Assembly: GCA_037143235.1 (NCBI GenBank)
Contig: JBAWZC010000001.1
Coordinates: 65,132 to 129,131 of the forward strand
Reading direction: 5' to 3'
Origin: Candidatus Berkelbacteria bacterium
Lineage (GTDB): Bacteria; Patescibacteriota; UBA1384; XYA2-FULL-43-10; 1-14-0-10-43-13
Length of the DNA: 64,000 bases
Shown here: positions 29,365-39,677 of the stretch, in pieces
Layout: each line of letters begins with the position of its first letter
How positions within the stretch are numbered: position 1 is the stretch's first letter
Notes under the pieces: model-generated
What the model was told of the DNA's origin: nothing
The model's database searches: none
Seen by the model: only the letters and a program-made list of their open reading frames with translations
Program-made: the position numbers and the translations under genes

Positions 29365-30088
29365 GGTTCACCTCTTTGATAATCTGGCCATCTCTCATCT
29401 CGATCCGCTTCGTCCCGAGATCCCAATATGCTGGATTGTGAGTAACCAACAAAATGGTTTTTTTCATCTCAACATTCAAAGTATTAAACAATGCCATAAT
29501 CTCGTCGGAAGCGGTTGAGTCCAGATTTCCCGTTGGTTCATCAGCAATGATAATCCAAGGATTTGAGATCAAAGCCCTCGCAAAACCTATCCTTTGCTGC
29601 TCACCACCCGATAACTGTGTCGGTATCTGCGTCGCTAATTTTGAAACTTTCAGCTCCTCCAACAAATCCATTGCTCGTGCGATGGCTTGCTTCTCCTTAA
29701 TCCCCTCTATCAACAGCGGCATCGCAACATTCTCCACCACATTCAACGACTTAATCCAATAAGACATCTGATAAATAATACCCATTTTTTTTGAACGAAA
29801 CAGACCACGCTCATCCTCATTCATTTTGAAAATATTTCTATCACGAACAATTACCTTGCCAGTTGTTGGTTCATCGGCACCCGAAATAATATTCAAGAGA
29901 GTTGATTTGCCACAACCTGACGGCCCAAAAATTACCACAAAATCCCGACTTTTTACCTCAAGATTAGCCTCTTTTAATGCTTCAACCTTCCGACTTCCCA
30001 AATCAAAGCTTTTGCTGACATTTTCAACCTTTATCACAGTCTCATGACAAGGCTCCGCAGTCTCTAGTTTCTCTATATCATCAATCAT
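29357..30088 (-). CDS. ABC transporter ATP-binding protein (LolD/MacB-like)
   Basis: GPSGCGKST, LSGGEQQR, ADEPTGNLD, VTHN. Confidence 0.95.
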   Translation of the reverse strand: MIDDIEKLETAEPCHETVIKVENVSKSFDLGSRKVEALKEANLEVKSRDFVVIFGPSGCGKSTLLNIISGADEPTTGKVIVRDRNIFKMNEDERGLFRSKKMGIIYQMSYWIKSLNVVENVAMPLLIEGIKEKQAIARAMDLLEELKVSKLATQIPTQLSGGEQQRIGFARALISNPWIIIADEPTGNLDSTASDEIMALFNTLNVEMKKTILLVTHNPAYWDLGTKRIEMRDGQIIKEVNHG

Positions 30089-30113
30089 AGTGCATTCATT
30101 AATTTAATCATAA

Positions 30114-33100
30114 CTACTTTATCCATCTTCCCATCCAACCAAAGATGTTTTGCATCGTGTTCAAGATAATCTGCAAGGCAGATCTCGAAATATCACCAGA
30201 AATGACCGTGTTATCACCCGAGGTAGACATATTCGCAGACATATCAGCTGAAAGAATTCTCAGATGGTATGGTTTACCTGGATCAAGATCAGAAATAATA
30301 ACCAAATGATGATTGGTAAATGTCGTATCAAGTGATGTCTTGTTGGTGTACTCGTTCCCAGACAAACCAATGCCAAACTCAACCTGCGAACTAGCCGGTT
30401 CGTCTGTTTTCCATGAAACTGCAACCTGAGCCTTGGCATTGCCAGTATTACCAATATTGGATGATTCAATCACAATATCGGAAATTCTCGGCGGGCGGCT
30501 ATCATTTGGCGTATCAAAAACTGTTTTCGTTGATTCCGCCACATTACCAAATTGATCCCTGCCCTGAGAGTATACGGTATATTTCTGATTATCGGCCAGA
30601 TCTGAGACTACAATCTCATGAACGAGAGACAGGTCAGATATTGATTGCTCTTTGAAATTGACGCCGTCAGTCGAGTATTTGACCGTCCCAGAAGTTGGCA
30701 CATTTGTCTCCCAAGCAACCTTGAGCGTAGTAGTCGGTGCCTCTTTGACTGGTTCGATGCCAAATTTGGAGATTGTCGGCATCGGCAGAGTAGCAAAAGA
30801 GTTCTCACTTCGAAGCTCATTACCGTCAGAGTCTCCTCCAACCAAGCGATAGAAATATGTTGTGCCTGGCTTCAGGTTGGAGATAGCCAAACTATGATTG
30901 GTCGTCGAACTATTAGAATCTTCGTTAATATTTTCACCAAAATCAGAGGTTTCACCATATTTGAGGGTGAAGTTTGCCATCGAAGTGCTCTTGAAATTAA
31001 TGATCGCCGAACTCTGGGTGATATTGGAAACAGTTAAATCATAAACACTTGGCGTGTTCGCTGTTTTGAATTCTTGGTTTGGCCCCAACAGCGAATTGCC
31101 GTCGACATCAGTCGATCGAATATTAAAAGTATAATCCGTTTGAGATTTCAAGCCGACAACTTTCACTTCGTGATCGGTGGTTTGAGCGACCTGACCCTGT
31201 TCAGAGACAAAAGTGTTGCCATTTTTGATCTGTACAAACGAAGATGATTCCCGATCAGTGACCCATTTCACACTGATCGAAGTTGGATTGACGGTGATCT
31301 TCGGCGCAGAAACCAAAACAGGTGGTGTAGTATACCGACCAGTTGGAGTGACTGAGACGACAGCAGAGGGAGCAGATGATTGACCAGCACTGTCCTTTGC
31401 AACAACATAATAGTAATACTGTGTAGATATCATGGGAGAGACGTCAGAACCTGCATCAGCAAAAATACGACTATCTGTTGGACCAATATTAGCGAAAGTA
31501 ACCCCATCGGTTGAACGATAAACATTATACCCAGCAAATACGCCTGTGCCCTTATCCTCGGGCGCATTCCACTTCACCGCTACAGCATAATTTTGAGTAT
31601 TGCGGTCAGAAATATCATATGCTTGAACCGCGCCAGGAATACCAGGGGCTGTCGTAGTCGCAGAAAAAGCAACCGCCGCGCAAGTGTCAGTATTTGCATT
31701 ATAATTAACCGACGATGGGGAGCAACCAGAAAAATCATAATTTCCTGCATTATCCTTGGCTACGACATAAAGAATATTCTCGCCTTGTTTCGTCGCATAG
31801 GAACCAGTCGACAAAGAAGTACCAGAAGCAAAGTTCGCACTATCAATTGAAGGGACAACATTCACCGAATAATAATATCCAGCAATTTCGCCCGGTGAAG
31901 CATCCCAAGCAAAAGCAAACTGATTGGTGCTTGAATTGGCAGAGGTCGTTCGCAAATTTGCTGGTGCTGCTGGTGCCAGATTATTAAAATAAAAGTTAGT
32001 ACGTACTGGTAAACTGCTCGCGTTGCCAGCCGTATCGACAGCTTGGAGATAAAATATATTTACACCCTGTGCTGCCACATCTGCCAAAGTCACCGAATTC
32101 GTCGTGGCATCTCCAGTGATATCATGCCACGAAACCTCGTTGCCAATCCGATACTGATATTTTTGCAAACCTGAACCACCCGTATCTACCGCCGCGTTTT
32201 GGCCAGTTGTCGGCCAAGTGAAGGTGAAATTGTTTGTTCGGCTATAGCCAGAAGGAGCAACCGAGACATACAGAGGTGTCGCCGGCGCCACATTATCATA
32301 TTTATAGGCAAACAAATTGTAGTCGGTAGAAGTCGCGTGATAGGCAGGGTTCGAAGCATTGTCAACTGCCACTACCTTCAGGTAATAAGTTGAACCAGCA
32401 ACAAGCGTTGTCGAAGAAGTAAAGGTATCTGATACACCAACTGTATTTTGCCAAATAAATGAACCATTGTTGGCGCCAACCGCAACTAAACCACTAGAAA
32501 GACCGATATTGGCGGTATTATCTGTGCCAAAGTAAACCAAGTAACCAGCCAGACCAGAAGTAAGTTCATTTTGATTTGCGTTGTCAGCCGGTGCGGTCCA
32601 TGAAAACGATGGTGTGGCGTAATTATGCCAAGTATCGGTGGTCAAAGTCGTCGCTCCACCCAAAGCATTTTTGGCAACAACGGTGACAACACTGGGATTG
32701 TTCGGTGCCGCCGTATCGGAAACATAGGTCATATTAATTGAACTTAGGGCTGGATTATCTATTCCGTCAGTGACGAAAAATGCTCGCCATTTGATATTAT
32801 GCGCCGGCGTAATAGTCGGAAAAGTAGAAATATTAGCATTTACTTCCGCAGCTGTATTGGTCTGATAAGCATTATTTTTATCAGCCAAAGTCCAAGCCGC
32901 ACCATTGTAGTAGTAATAGCTAGCCGAGGCGATACTACCAACCGTAGAATCATTTGACAATTGATAATGCAGTGTCCCAGTCGAGCCACCAGCTAAGCTT
33001 TCACTATAGCCCTCAAGCGACGAATAAGTCATTGGCGATTTGAGTGACAAAGTTGGATAAATCGAGCTGCTCGCCGCTGGTGTCGAACTCTCAGCAACAG

Positions 33101-35921
33101 TGATGCCATACTTGGCACCCAAAGTTTTTTCCACACTATTGCGTGAAGTATTATCTAAAATAGATTTTTGAATAACGACCGGCCCAATCCAACCGTCAAA
33201 GGCTCGGTCACCAGCCGCTTTATTGCCAAGATATGTTGGACCTCCAACAGTAGGAGGTCCAGATACTTGGTCAGCAGTTCCGCTGAGTGCCCCATTAATA
33301 TAAACATTAACTTTACCATCAGCTTTGCGTGTCACAGAAACAACGTAAGGAGTGTTAAAAGCAATTGAAGATATTGGTGTCACCGCATATCCTGTACTGC
33401 TATCACTACTAACCTGTATTGCATTACTATTTACATTACTCATGCATATATAAAATTTGGAATTATCAATAATTCTTCCCACACTACTGCCTCCACTACT
33501 TCTTGGTTTTATCACCGTCGTCACCGTTACATCGCCCGTACCAATCAAATCGGTAGAATTACCCAATGTATCATCAACCCCATCAAATTGAAAAGCTGGG
33601 TGGCTATTTATACCAGATACATCATAAACCGGTCGCAGGGTTTGAGATGTCTGAGTGAAGGTGTTGGAATGACCAGAAAGATCAGTTATTTTACTAACTG
33701 CACCATCATAATAACCAACACCGTATCCCTGAGTAACTGTTCCAACATCACTCAAGTCATTTCCATTGGCTGTCTGGTCTAACCTAGTTCCCGATTTTGT
33801 ATCTAAATTCCAAAATCCTTTGAGACTCGCATCACCAGAAATTGAAGTCGGTAGTCCCGCGTATTTTAATCCTTTGCCGCCATTAAATAATGCTGTTTTT
33901 TCATCTGTCGTTAAAATCCTCTTAATCATTCCCCAGCCGTCAGCACGACCTGGAAGAGAATTTGCTGCCCCATTGGCGTAACTACCGATATTGAAGTCAT
34001 TTGCTGCAGACAAAACCCCAGCGGAAGTCGCCGTAGTAACTGGCGTACCATTGTTTACACTAATAAATATCTGATTGTTTACTGAGTCGTGACCATAAAC
34101 GATAAAATACCAGTTGCTAGTTGAAACAACATCTGTGAATACATTCTGACTAGCGCTATCTGCAGCATTTCTGACATAGAATTGAAACCTATTAAATGGA
34201 GCAACTGTAGCAGTTCTCAACATATATTCACCACCAACACCATTGGCGTTTCCTTTAGAAATAATTCCGCCTGGATTAGAGCCGACAAAGAAATTGTCCA
34301 TATTCACCCAACCAAATAGAGTGAAGTCAATATCTCCAGTTTGTAAAGAGGCGTTGCTTGTTCGTTTTAGATAATTGCTTGTTCCATTAAACTGAGCTGC
34401 AAAGTTAGAGTCTGTTGAAAGTCCTGCAGCGATACCAGCAGCAGCCAGAGGTCCGACTGATTCAATAGTGACATTGTCCAAAAATACTGATTTTGAAATA
34501 TAACCTGAGTTTCCAGTAATATAGAAGTTACCATTAGTGGCTGTAAAATAAACTGTGTATTGAGCATAAGATGTCGTCAGTGTGACCGTTGAGTATCCTG
34601 TGTTACTATCACCAACCCTGATTACAACACCAGTTCCAGAAGCCTTACCATAGAAAGTTACCTTGTACTTTTTACCAGTGACCAAGCCTCCATTTTGAGC
34701 AAGGGAAGCACCTTGTGCAGCAGCATCAAAGTCAAACCTAGCAGCATAAGTTCCTGAGTAAGGAGCGGAAGTTTCAGCATTTATTGTTGATAATCCAGCA
34801 CGAGTCTCTATCCAAGTAGCAAATACGTCAGCACCACCAGCACCGAGAGTCTCAAATCCACCATTGAGAGTCGTAGCATTGATTAGTTGGACGCCAGCAG
34901 GAGTTAAATTGTTAGTACCCTTGGCGTCGTAGCGAGTGCCAGACTCCTCATTCATACCCCACCAAGAAGTCAATGCAGTTTGAAAACTATCCAAACCATT
35001 GGCCGAGGTCAAATCTGCATAAGTACGACCATTGCCAGAATTATACAAAGCTGTTGCTTCGCCAGAAGTTGAAATGGATTTTTTGAAATATGCGGAGTCG
35101 ATACGACCATTGAGAGGTAGTGCGAGGTCGGATTGATTTCCGATTACAAAGGCAGTAGCACCAGCCGTAATAGCTACATCAGCTAAAGAAATTGTAGCAG
35201 CATTATTGACAGAAATGTTGACTGTATTAGCCGTAGCGTCGTGCCAACCCCGAACAAAATACCAAGTAGAAAGGCTCGCCGTTCCAGTTTGTATTGCTAC
35301 CGCAGTATTACCACCAAACTTAAAGTTCTGACTAACAGATGAATACCAAAGTCCATATTCACCACTACCAGCTAATCCTTTTGAAATAATCATTCCACTC
35401 ACATTGCTATCAAGGTAAACCCACGCTCCAACCTCGAAATCGATATCACCAGTCTGGAGCGAGGCGTTGCTTGGAACAGTTAAATAGTCTTTGTTTGCTG
35501 CTGTAAACTGTGCCGCACCATCGGCACTGACGCCAGAAGCAGGGTTGATATTAGTCGTGGCACCAGTGGCAGCACCTGGAGTTGAAAGAGTCGCTTTTGA
35601 ACTTGTAGTGGAAATCCCAGCATCGGCCTGATAAATACTATTGTCGCCACTAAAATTCCAGGTTTGGGTTGCCGCCATAACCTTATCTGGCGAGCCACCG
35701 TAAAAAGTTGTAAGCAAAAAACTGGCGAGCAATAAGATGACGCCGACTGTGACCGAACCAGCTTTGACATTCAAATTCAAATGCTTTTTGCGAAGCTGCC
35801 AAGCAGATGGCTTCGCCGAGATATTATTTTTAACAGCAAAAACACTCTTCTTTACACCTAAAGCAAAAGTTTTTAGACCCTTTACAACTTTTTTGAGGCT
35901 AATCTGCAATCCCCTCCCCAA
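30114..35921 (-). CDS. Large membrane-anchored surface protein with LamG-like, CBM-like and fibronectin type III repeats
   Basis: N-terminal TM; two SNASLQTGDIDF LamG-like repeats; NGGFE...LDNV CBM-like module; multiple FN3-like units (W.AP, Y.Y.VVA.D.AG, H.V...L...T.Y). Confidence 0.85.
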   Translation of the reverse strand: MGRGLQISLKKVVKGLKTFALGVKKSVFAVKNNISAKPSAWQLRKKHLNLNVKAGSVTVGVILLLASFLLTTFYGGSPDKVMAATQTWNFSGDNSIYQADAGISTTSSKATLSTPGAATGATTNINPASGVSADGAAQFTAANKDYLTVPSNASLQTGDIDFEVGAWVYLDSNVSGMIISKGLAGSGEYGLWYSSVSQNFKFGGNTAVAIQTGTASLSTWYFVRGWHDATANTVNISVNNAATISLADVAITAGATAFVIGNQSDLALPLNGRIDSAYFKKSISTSGEATALYNSGNGRTYADLTSANGLDSFQTALTSWWGMNEESGTRYDAKGTNNLTPAGVQLINATTLNGGFETLGAGGADVFATWIETRAGLSTINAETSAPYSGTYAARFDFDAAAQGASLAQNGGLVTGKKYKVTFYGKASGTGVVIRVGDSNTGYSTVTLTTSYAQYTVYFTATNGNFYITGNSGYISKSVFLDNVTIESVGPLAAAGIAAGLSTDSNFAAQFNGTSNYLKRTSNASLQTGDIDFTLFGWVNMDNFFVGSNPGGIISKGNANGVGGEYMLRTATVAPFNRFQFYVRNAADSASQNVFTDVVSTSNWYFIVYGHDSVNNQIFISVNNGTPVTTATSAGVLSAANDFNIGSYANGAANSLPGRADGWGMIKRILTTDEKTALFNGGKGLKYAGLPTSISGDASLKGFWNLDTKSGTRLDQTANGNDLSDVGTVTQGYGVGYYDGAVSKITDLSGHSNTFTQTSQTLRPVYDVSGINSHPAFQFDGVDDTLGNSTDLIGTGDVTVTTVIKPRSSGGSSVGRIIDNSKFYICMSNVNSNAIQVSSDSSTGYAVTPISSIAFNTPYVVSVTRKADGKVNVYINGALSGTADQVSGPPTVGGPTYLGNKAAGDRAFDGWIGPVVIQKSILDNTSRNSVEKTLGAKYGITVAESSTPAASSSIYPTLSLKSPMTYSSLEGYSESLAGGSTGTLHYQLSNDSTVGSIASASYYYYNGAAWTLADKNNAYQTNTAAEVNANISTFPTITPAHNIKWRAFFVTDGIDNPALSSINMTYVSDTAAPNNPSVVTVVAKNALGGATTLTTDTWHNYATPSFSWTAPADNANQNELTSGLAGYLVYFGTDNTANIGLSSGLVAVGANNGSFIWQNTVGVSDTFTSSTTLVAGSTYYLKVVAVDNASNPAYHATSTDYNLFAYKYDNVAPATPLYVSVAPSGYSRTNNFTFTWPTTGQNAAVDTGGSGLQKYQYRIGNEVSWHDITGDATTNSVTLADVAAQGVNIFYLQAVDTAGNASSLPVRTNFYFNNLAPAAPANLRTTSANSSTNQFAFAWDASPGEIAGYYYSVNVVPSIDSANFASGTSLSTGSYATKQGENILYVVAKDNAGNYDFSGCSPSSVNYNANTDTCAAVAFSATTTAPGIPGAVQAYDISDRNTQNYAVAVKWNAPEDKGTGVFAGYNVYRSTDGVTFANIGPTDSRIFADAGSDVSPMISTQYYYYVVAKDSAGQSSAPSAVVSVTPTGRYTTPPVLVSAPKITVNPTSISVKWVTDRESSSFVQIKNGNTFVSEQGQVAQTTDHEVKVVGLKSQTDYTFNIRSTDVDGNSLLGPNQEFKTANTPSVYDLTVSNITQSSAIINFKSTSMANFTLKYGETSDFGENINEDSNSSTTNHSLAISNLKPGTTYFYRLVGGDSDGNELRSENSFATLPMPTISKFGIEPVKEAPTTTLKVAWETNVPTSGTVKYSTDGVNFKEQSISDLSLVHEIVVSDLADNQKYTVYSQGRDQFGNVAESTKTVFDTPNDSRPPRISDIVIESSNIGNTGNAKAQVAVSWKTDEPASSQVEFGIGLSGNEYTNKTSLDTTFTNHHLVIISDLDPGKPYHLRILSADMSANMSTSGDNTVISGDISRSALQIILNTMQNIFGWMGRWIK

Positions 35922-36035
35922 ATTTATTTACACTTTTCACTTCGGAACTGTATACATATAATTATATACAAAAAAATAACTCGCGACAATGGCAGACAAG
36001 TTATTTTTTTCTGTTCTATAGCTTTTTACAAAGAT

Positions 36036-36178
36036 TGGTGCCCGAGGCGGCCTGCCCGCCATCGCAAGGCTCAGGCATTGCAGGCGGGGAGTCGAACCCG
36101 CATAGCTTGAGGCCACATCATTTTAAGTGATGCGTACCTGCCTGCCGGCAGGCAGGTATACCATTCCACCACTCGCCC
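36036..36178 (-). pseudogene. Degenerate tRNA-Leu(TAA) with two palindromic insertions and a mismatched acceptor stem
   Basis: Aligns to 36305-36389 after removing 36137-36156 and 36051-36088; 5' GGGCGAG does not pair with 3' CTCGGGC. Confidence 0.85.
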
Positions 36179-36304
36179 ATTATTGTTTTAACTATTTTCC
36201 AAGAACCGTTTATAAGCTCTATTCTACCATTCAATGAGAAATCGGCTACCTTTTTGTGAAGCAAAAGAATGGCTGCGGATCGGCATGCTGTTTAAATTTA
36301 TTTG

Positions 36305-36389
36305 TGGTAGGCGAGGCGGGAGTCGAACCCGCATCCCTTGAGGGGACATCATTTTAAGTGATGCGTGTATACCATTCCACCACTCGCCC
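36305..36389 (-). tRNA. tRNA-Leu(TAA)
   Basis: GGGCGAG/CTCGCCT acceptor, CATCA-CTTAAAA-TGATG anticodon arm, long variable arm, GGTTCGACTCC, CCA. Confidence 0.93.
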
Positions 36390-36390
36390 A

Positions 36391-36633
36391 TTATTGTTTT
36401 AACAAACCGTCGATCTCTTCTCTTCCGATACCTGATTTAAAATACTTTTCTCTTTCCCGTGCTTCTGTTCTAGTGGCATATTTCTCAAAATGAATCAACT
36501 TCAAGGGCATTTTATTTTTCGTTGACCGAACTCTTCCAGAATTATGCTGACTTATTCTTCTTTCAAGATTATCAGTTAATCCTTTGTAAACAAAATTACG
36601 AGACTCTGATTTTAGAAGATACACATAATACAT
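36391..36633 (-). CDS. Small GIY-YIG nuclease (SLX1-like), 80 aa
   Basis: MYYVYLLKS...YKGLTDNLERRISQHNSG...REKYFKSGIGRE. Confidence 0.92.
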   Translation of the reverse strand: MYYVYLLKSESRNFVYKGLTDNLERRISQHNSGRVRSTKNKMPLKLIHFEKYATRTEAREREKYFKSGIGREEIDGLLKQ

Positions 36634-36690
36634 TTTAAGTCCTTCGTGCCTGCCTGCCGGCAGGCAGGTATACCATTCCACCACTCGGGC
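36632..36690 (-). pseudogene. 5' half of a tRNA-Leu(TAA) containing a 20-bp palindrome
   Basis: GCCCGAGTGGTGGAATGGTATA[CCTGCCTGCCGGCAGGCAGG]CACGAAGGACTTAAAAT, running into the GIY-YIG ATG. Confidence 0.85.
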
Positions 36691-36692
36691 TT

Positions 36693-37667
36693 TTATACAA
36701 TTTCCCAAATATTATTGACCTTGGATAGCTCACCTTCGATCGTAAACCCAGCAGCTTTTTTATGGCCGCCGCCGCCAAGCAGTGAGGCTAATTTTGACAG
36801 GTCAACATCATCTCGCTCAGTTCGCAAGCTCCCCATGATAGTACCATTTTCACTCTCGTATATCAACAAAGTCGCCCGAGTTCCGGGCACAGTATTCAGC
36901 AAATTAATCAAACCAGAAAGATCATCCTCTGACGCCCCAGATAGCAATCTATCTTCTTTCGACAAAACTGAATAAGCAATGCCAAACTCATCATTTATCG
37001 ACAGACGATCCATCGCCACTCCCCAAATTTTCAGCTTTGAAACTGACTTTTCGTGAGAAATATTCTCAGAGATTTTCTTCAATCTAGCTCCACAACACAA
37101 CAGCTTGGAGACTATTTTCATCACATCTTCCGAGGTATTGCTGTGCTGAAAACCGCCTGTATCAGTGTATATTCCGCACAAAATATAGGTCGCAACATCA
37201 GCATCAATATCACAGCCTAGTCCAGTTACGATCCGATAAACTATTTCAGCCGTCGAACTTGCCTGATCATCCACATAGTTCACATCGGCCAGTCGCCAGA
37301 GATCATTTTTGGGATGATGGTCGATATTGATAACAAAATTGCCATTTTTCTTGCAGTCAAGAATCATTTGCTCAACCTTGGTTCGACGCAAATCACCACA
37401 ATCCAAAATAATGATCGTCTCTTCTTGGGAAACAGTGAGACTATGAAGTCCATTCGTACTAACAATCTGGTCGTGCTCACCGAGAAATCGGAAAACTTCC
37501 GGTACTGGGTCAGCACAAATCATTCTGACTTCCTTGTTCTTTTGCCTCAACATTGCCGCCATTGCAAGAATAGACCCGACGGCATCACCATCAGGACTCT
37601 CGTGGCAAATGAGCACAAAAGATTTGGTTCCCTCGATCAACTTTTTCAGATTTGAGAATGAACCCAT
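36693..37667 (-). CDS. nrnA: DHH/DHHA1 phosphoesterase (NrnA nanoRNase family)
   Basis: HESPDGDAVGS, ILDCG, IDHH, DTGGF, SLRT, GGGHKKAAG. Confidence 0.9.
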   Translation of the reverse strand: MGSFSNLKKLIEGTKSFVLICHESPDGDAVGSILAMAAMLRQKNKEVRMICADPVPEVFRFLGEHDQIVSTNGLHSLTVSQEETIIILDCGDLRRTKVEQMILDCKKNGNFVINIDHHPKNDLWRLADVNYVDDQASSTAEIVYRIVTGLGCDIDADVATYILCGIYTDTGGFQHSNTSEDVMKIVSKLLCCGARLKKISENISHEKSVSKLKIWGVAMDRLSINDEFGIAYSVLSKEDRLLSGASEDDLSGLINLLNTVPGTRATLLIYESENGTIMGSLRTERDDVDLSKLASLLGGGGHKKAAGFTIEGELSKVNNIWEIV

Positions 37668-37850
37668 GTGAAATATAATTACCGATTGATCAAGATACAA
37701 TAACCAAGAAACAATAATCAGTTAATATCCAATTACCAATTTCCAACCTGCCTGTCGGCAGACAAATTACTCAATCAATGTTCATATAATCAAATTACCA
37801 AATAAATGGCTAAATGATTAATTGATTAAATGACTAAATGATTAAATGCT

Positions 37851-38330
37851 TTAGCTCTCCAACACATACGCTACTCGGCCCTCGACTGGCAAATCAGACT
37901 TTTTGATCTTCAGCAGATCAACTGAAGTAGCCTTCTCCGCAGCAGTAAATTCAGCAATGTCAGTATACAGCATTGGGATGACGCAAAATGGATCGATCTT
38001 CGATAACATCGTCAAAGCCTCCTTGATCTTCACGGAACCGTCTTCACCCAAAGGCAAGAACAAAATATCAATATTACCAATCTCCTTGATCTCGTCTTCC
38101 TTGAGCAGATGGCCAATCTTGCCGAGATAACAGATGTTCAACTCTTCGGCACGAATAACATATATAGCATTTGATTCATCTTGTATACCATGGACGATCA
38201 CACCGCTCTTCTCGTATTCACCGGGACCAGGCAAAACAAATTTATCAATTGACACAGTATAACCAAGATCAATAGTGGCAGACTTCGTTTTGATTTCGAA
38301 TTTTTCGCCACCAAGAAATTTTATTTGCAT
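37851..38330 (-). CDS. Shortened MBL-fold protein
   Basis: GPGEYEKSG, ICYLG, IDILFLPLG, P..VIPM; HxHxDH motif absent. Confidence 0.7.
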   Translation of the reverse strand: MQIKFLGGEKFEIKTKSATIDLGYTVSIDKFVLPGPGEYEKSGVIVHGIQDESNAIYVIRAEELNICYLGKIGHLLKEDEIKEIGNIDILFLPLGEDGSVKIKEALTMLSKIDPFCVIPMLYTDIAEFTAAEKATSVDLLKIKKSDLPVEGRVAYVLES

Positions 38331-38341
38331 ATTTCCCCTCT

Positions 38342-39661
38342 CTACTTAGTTTTCTTCTCGGCCTTAACCTTTTTTTCTTTAACCGGTTTTTCTTCGACTA
38401 CAGCCTCGATCATATCTTCAACCTTTTTGGTCTTGGTTGCTTTCGAAACCTTCTTCTCGGCAACTTTATCGGTTGATTCGCTTGGCTCAACATCAGCTGA
38501 GACAGAATCTTCCTTCGCTGCAGCTTTTGCTGACTTTTTCAATGTCAGACCAAGTCTATGACTATCAGTTTCAATATTGATAATTGTGAAATCGTATTTT
38601 TTACCAACTTCGACAAATAGATTCGGATCAGTCACTTTATCAGAAGATAGCTCAGAAATATGAACTAAACCGTCAATATCTTTATCAAGAGAGACAAAAG
38701 CACCAAACGGCGTGATCTTTGTGACTTCACCATTGATAGACTGACCTACTTTGTATTTAGCTGTAGCTTGTGACCATGGATCAGGCAAAAGTTTCTTGAT
38801 CGATAGAGAAACCCTACCATCATCGACAGAGATAACCATAGTTTCGACTTCGTCACCAACCTTAAATAGATTGTGCAGGTTGTTTACACGAGTCCAAGAA
38901 ATTTCTGAGATATGGACGAGTGCTTCGATCTCAGGATCGATTGAAACAAATAAACCGAAATCAACGATACCAGTGATGCGGCCCTTAATCTTGTCGCCGA
39001 CAGCAAATTTATCAATCTTAGTCTTGACCTCAGTTGCTCTGACAGCTTTTTCCGAAAAAATCAGCTTATTGTTCTCGAGATCGCAGTTGATAACTTTTAC
39101 AGACAACTCTTCGCCGATAATCTGACGCAGTCTATTCAAGATTTCATCCTTGTCGCCGCCATGAACACGTGGGTAGTGGATTGGCGCCAGCTGCGACACA
39201 GGCAAAAAGCCCATGATGCCGCCAGTTTCAGTCATCAAGCCACCTTTGTTCGCATCAGTAATTTTGATAGAAACAGGCTCGCCAGATTTGAATTTGGCTT
39301 CCATCTCGGCCCAGAACTTATCACGATCAGCTCGTTTGAGAGACAAAACAACATTACCTTCTTCGTCCTCCATCGCTATAACTGTCGCTAAAATCATATC
39401 CCCGACCTTGAGACCAGCTCTAGTCGTAATTTCACGCTCTGGCACAAAGCCAAGCGACTGGCCAGCCACATCAACCCAGATGCGGTTGCCACTGACAGCC
39501 AAAATCTTAGCTTCGATATTGTCACCCTCAGAGAATGGCAAAATTTTATCACCAAGTTCGGCGATCAAGCTCTCCATCGTATCAACTTTTGGTTTTGTAG
39601 AAACAGCTGTTTTTTCTGCTGCAACCTCTTCTGTTTTTTCGATCTGTTCGTCTACTGACAT
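38342..39661 (-). CDS. rpsA: 30S ribosomal protein S1
   Basis: Four S1 repeats (GFLPVSQL, DFGLFV...ALVHISEIS, PFGAFV...GLVHISELS); start at MSVDEQ. Confidence 0.93.
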   Translation of the reverse strand: MSVDEQIEKTEEVAAEKTAVSTKPKVDTMESLIAELGDKILPFSEGDNIEAKILAVSGNRIWVDVAGQSLGFVPEREITTRAGLKVGDMILATVIAMEDEEGNVVLSLKRADRDKFWAEMEAKFKSGEPVSIKITDANKGGLMTETGGIMGFLPVSQLAPIHYPRVHGGDKDEILNRLRQIIGEELSVKVINCDLENNKLIFSEKAVRATEVKTKIDKFAVGDKIKGRITGIVDFGLFVSIDPEIEALVHISEISWTRVNNLHNLFKVGDEVETMVISVDDGRVSLSIKKLLPDPWSQATAKYKVGQSINGEVTKITPFGAFVSLDKDIDGLVHISELSSDKVTDPNLFVEVGKKYDFTIINIETDSHRLGLTLKKSAKAAAKEDSVSADVEPSESTDKVAEKKVSKATKTKKVEDMIEAVVEEKPVKEKKVKAEKKTK

Positions 39662-39677
39662 GCTATTAATTCCTTTC

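Noticed and set aside
36036-36690. Group I intron in tRNA-Leu(TAA)
   Set aside because: The interruption is near the anticodon, but the insert is filled by an ORF and two tRNA copies. I could not identify P/Q/R/S core elements, and no TCCTT anticodon-stem 3' strand follows to rebuild tRNA A. An Infernal search would settle it.
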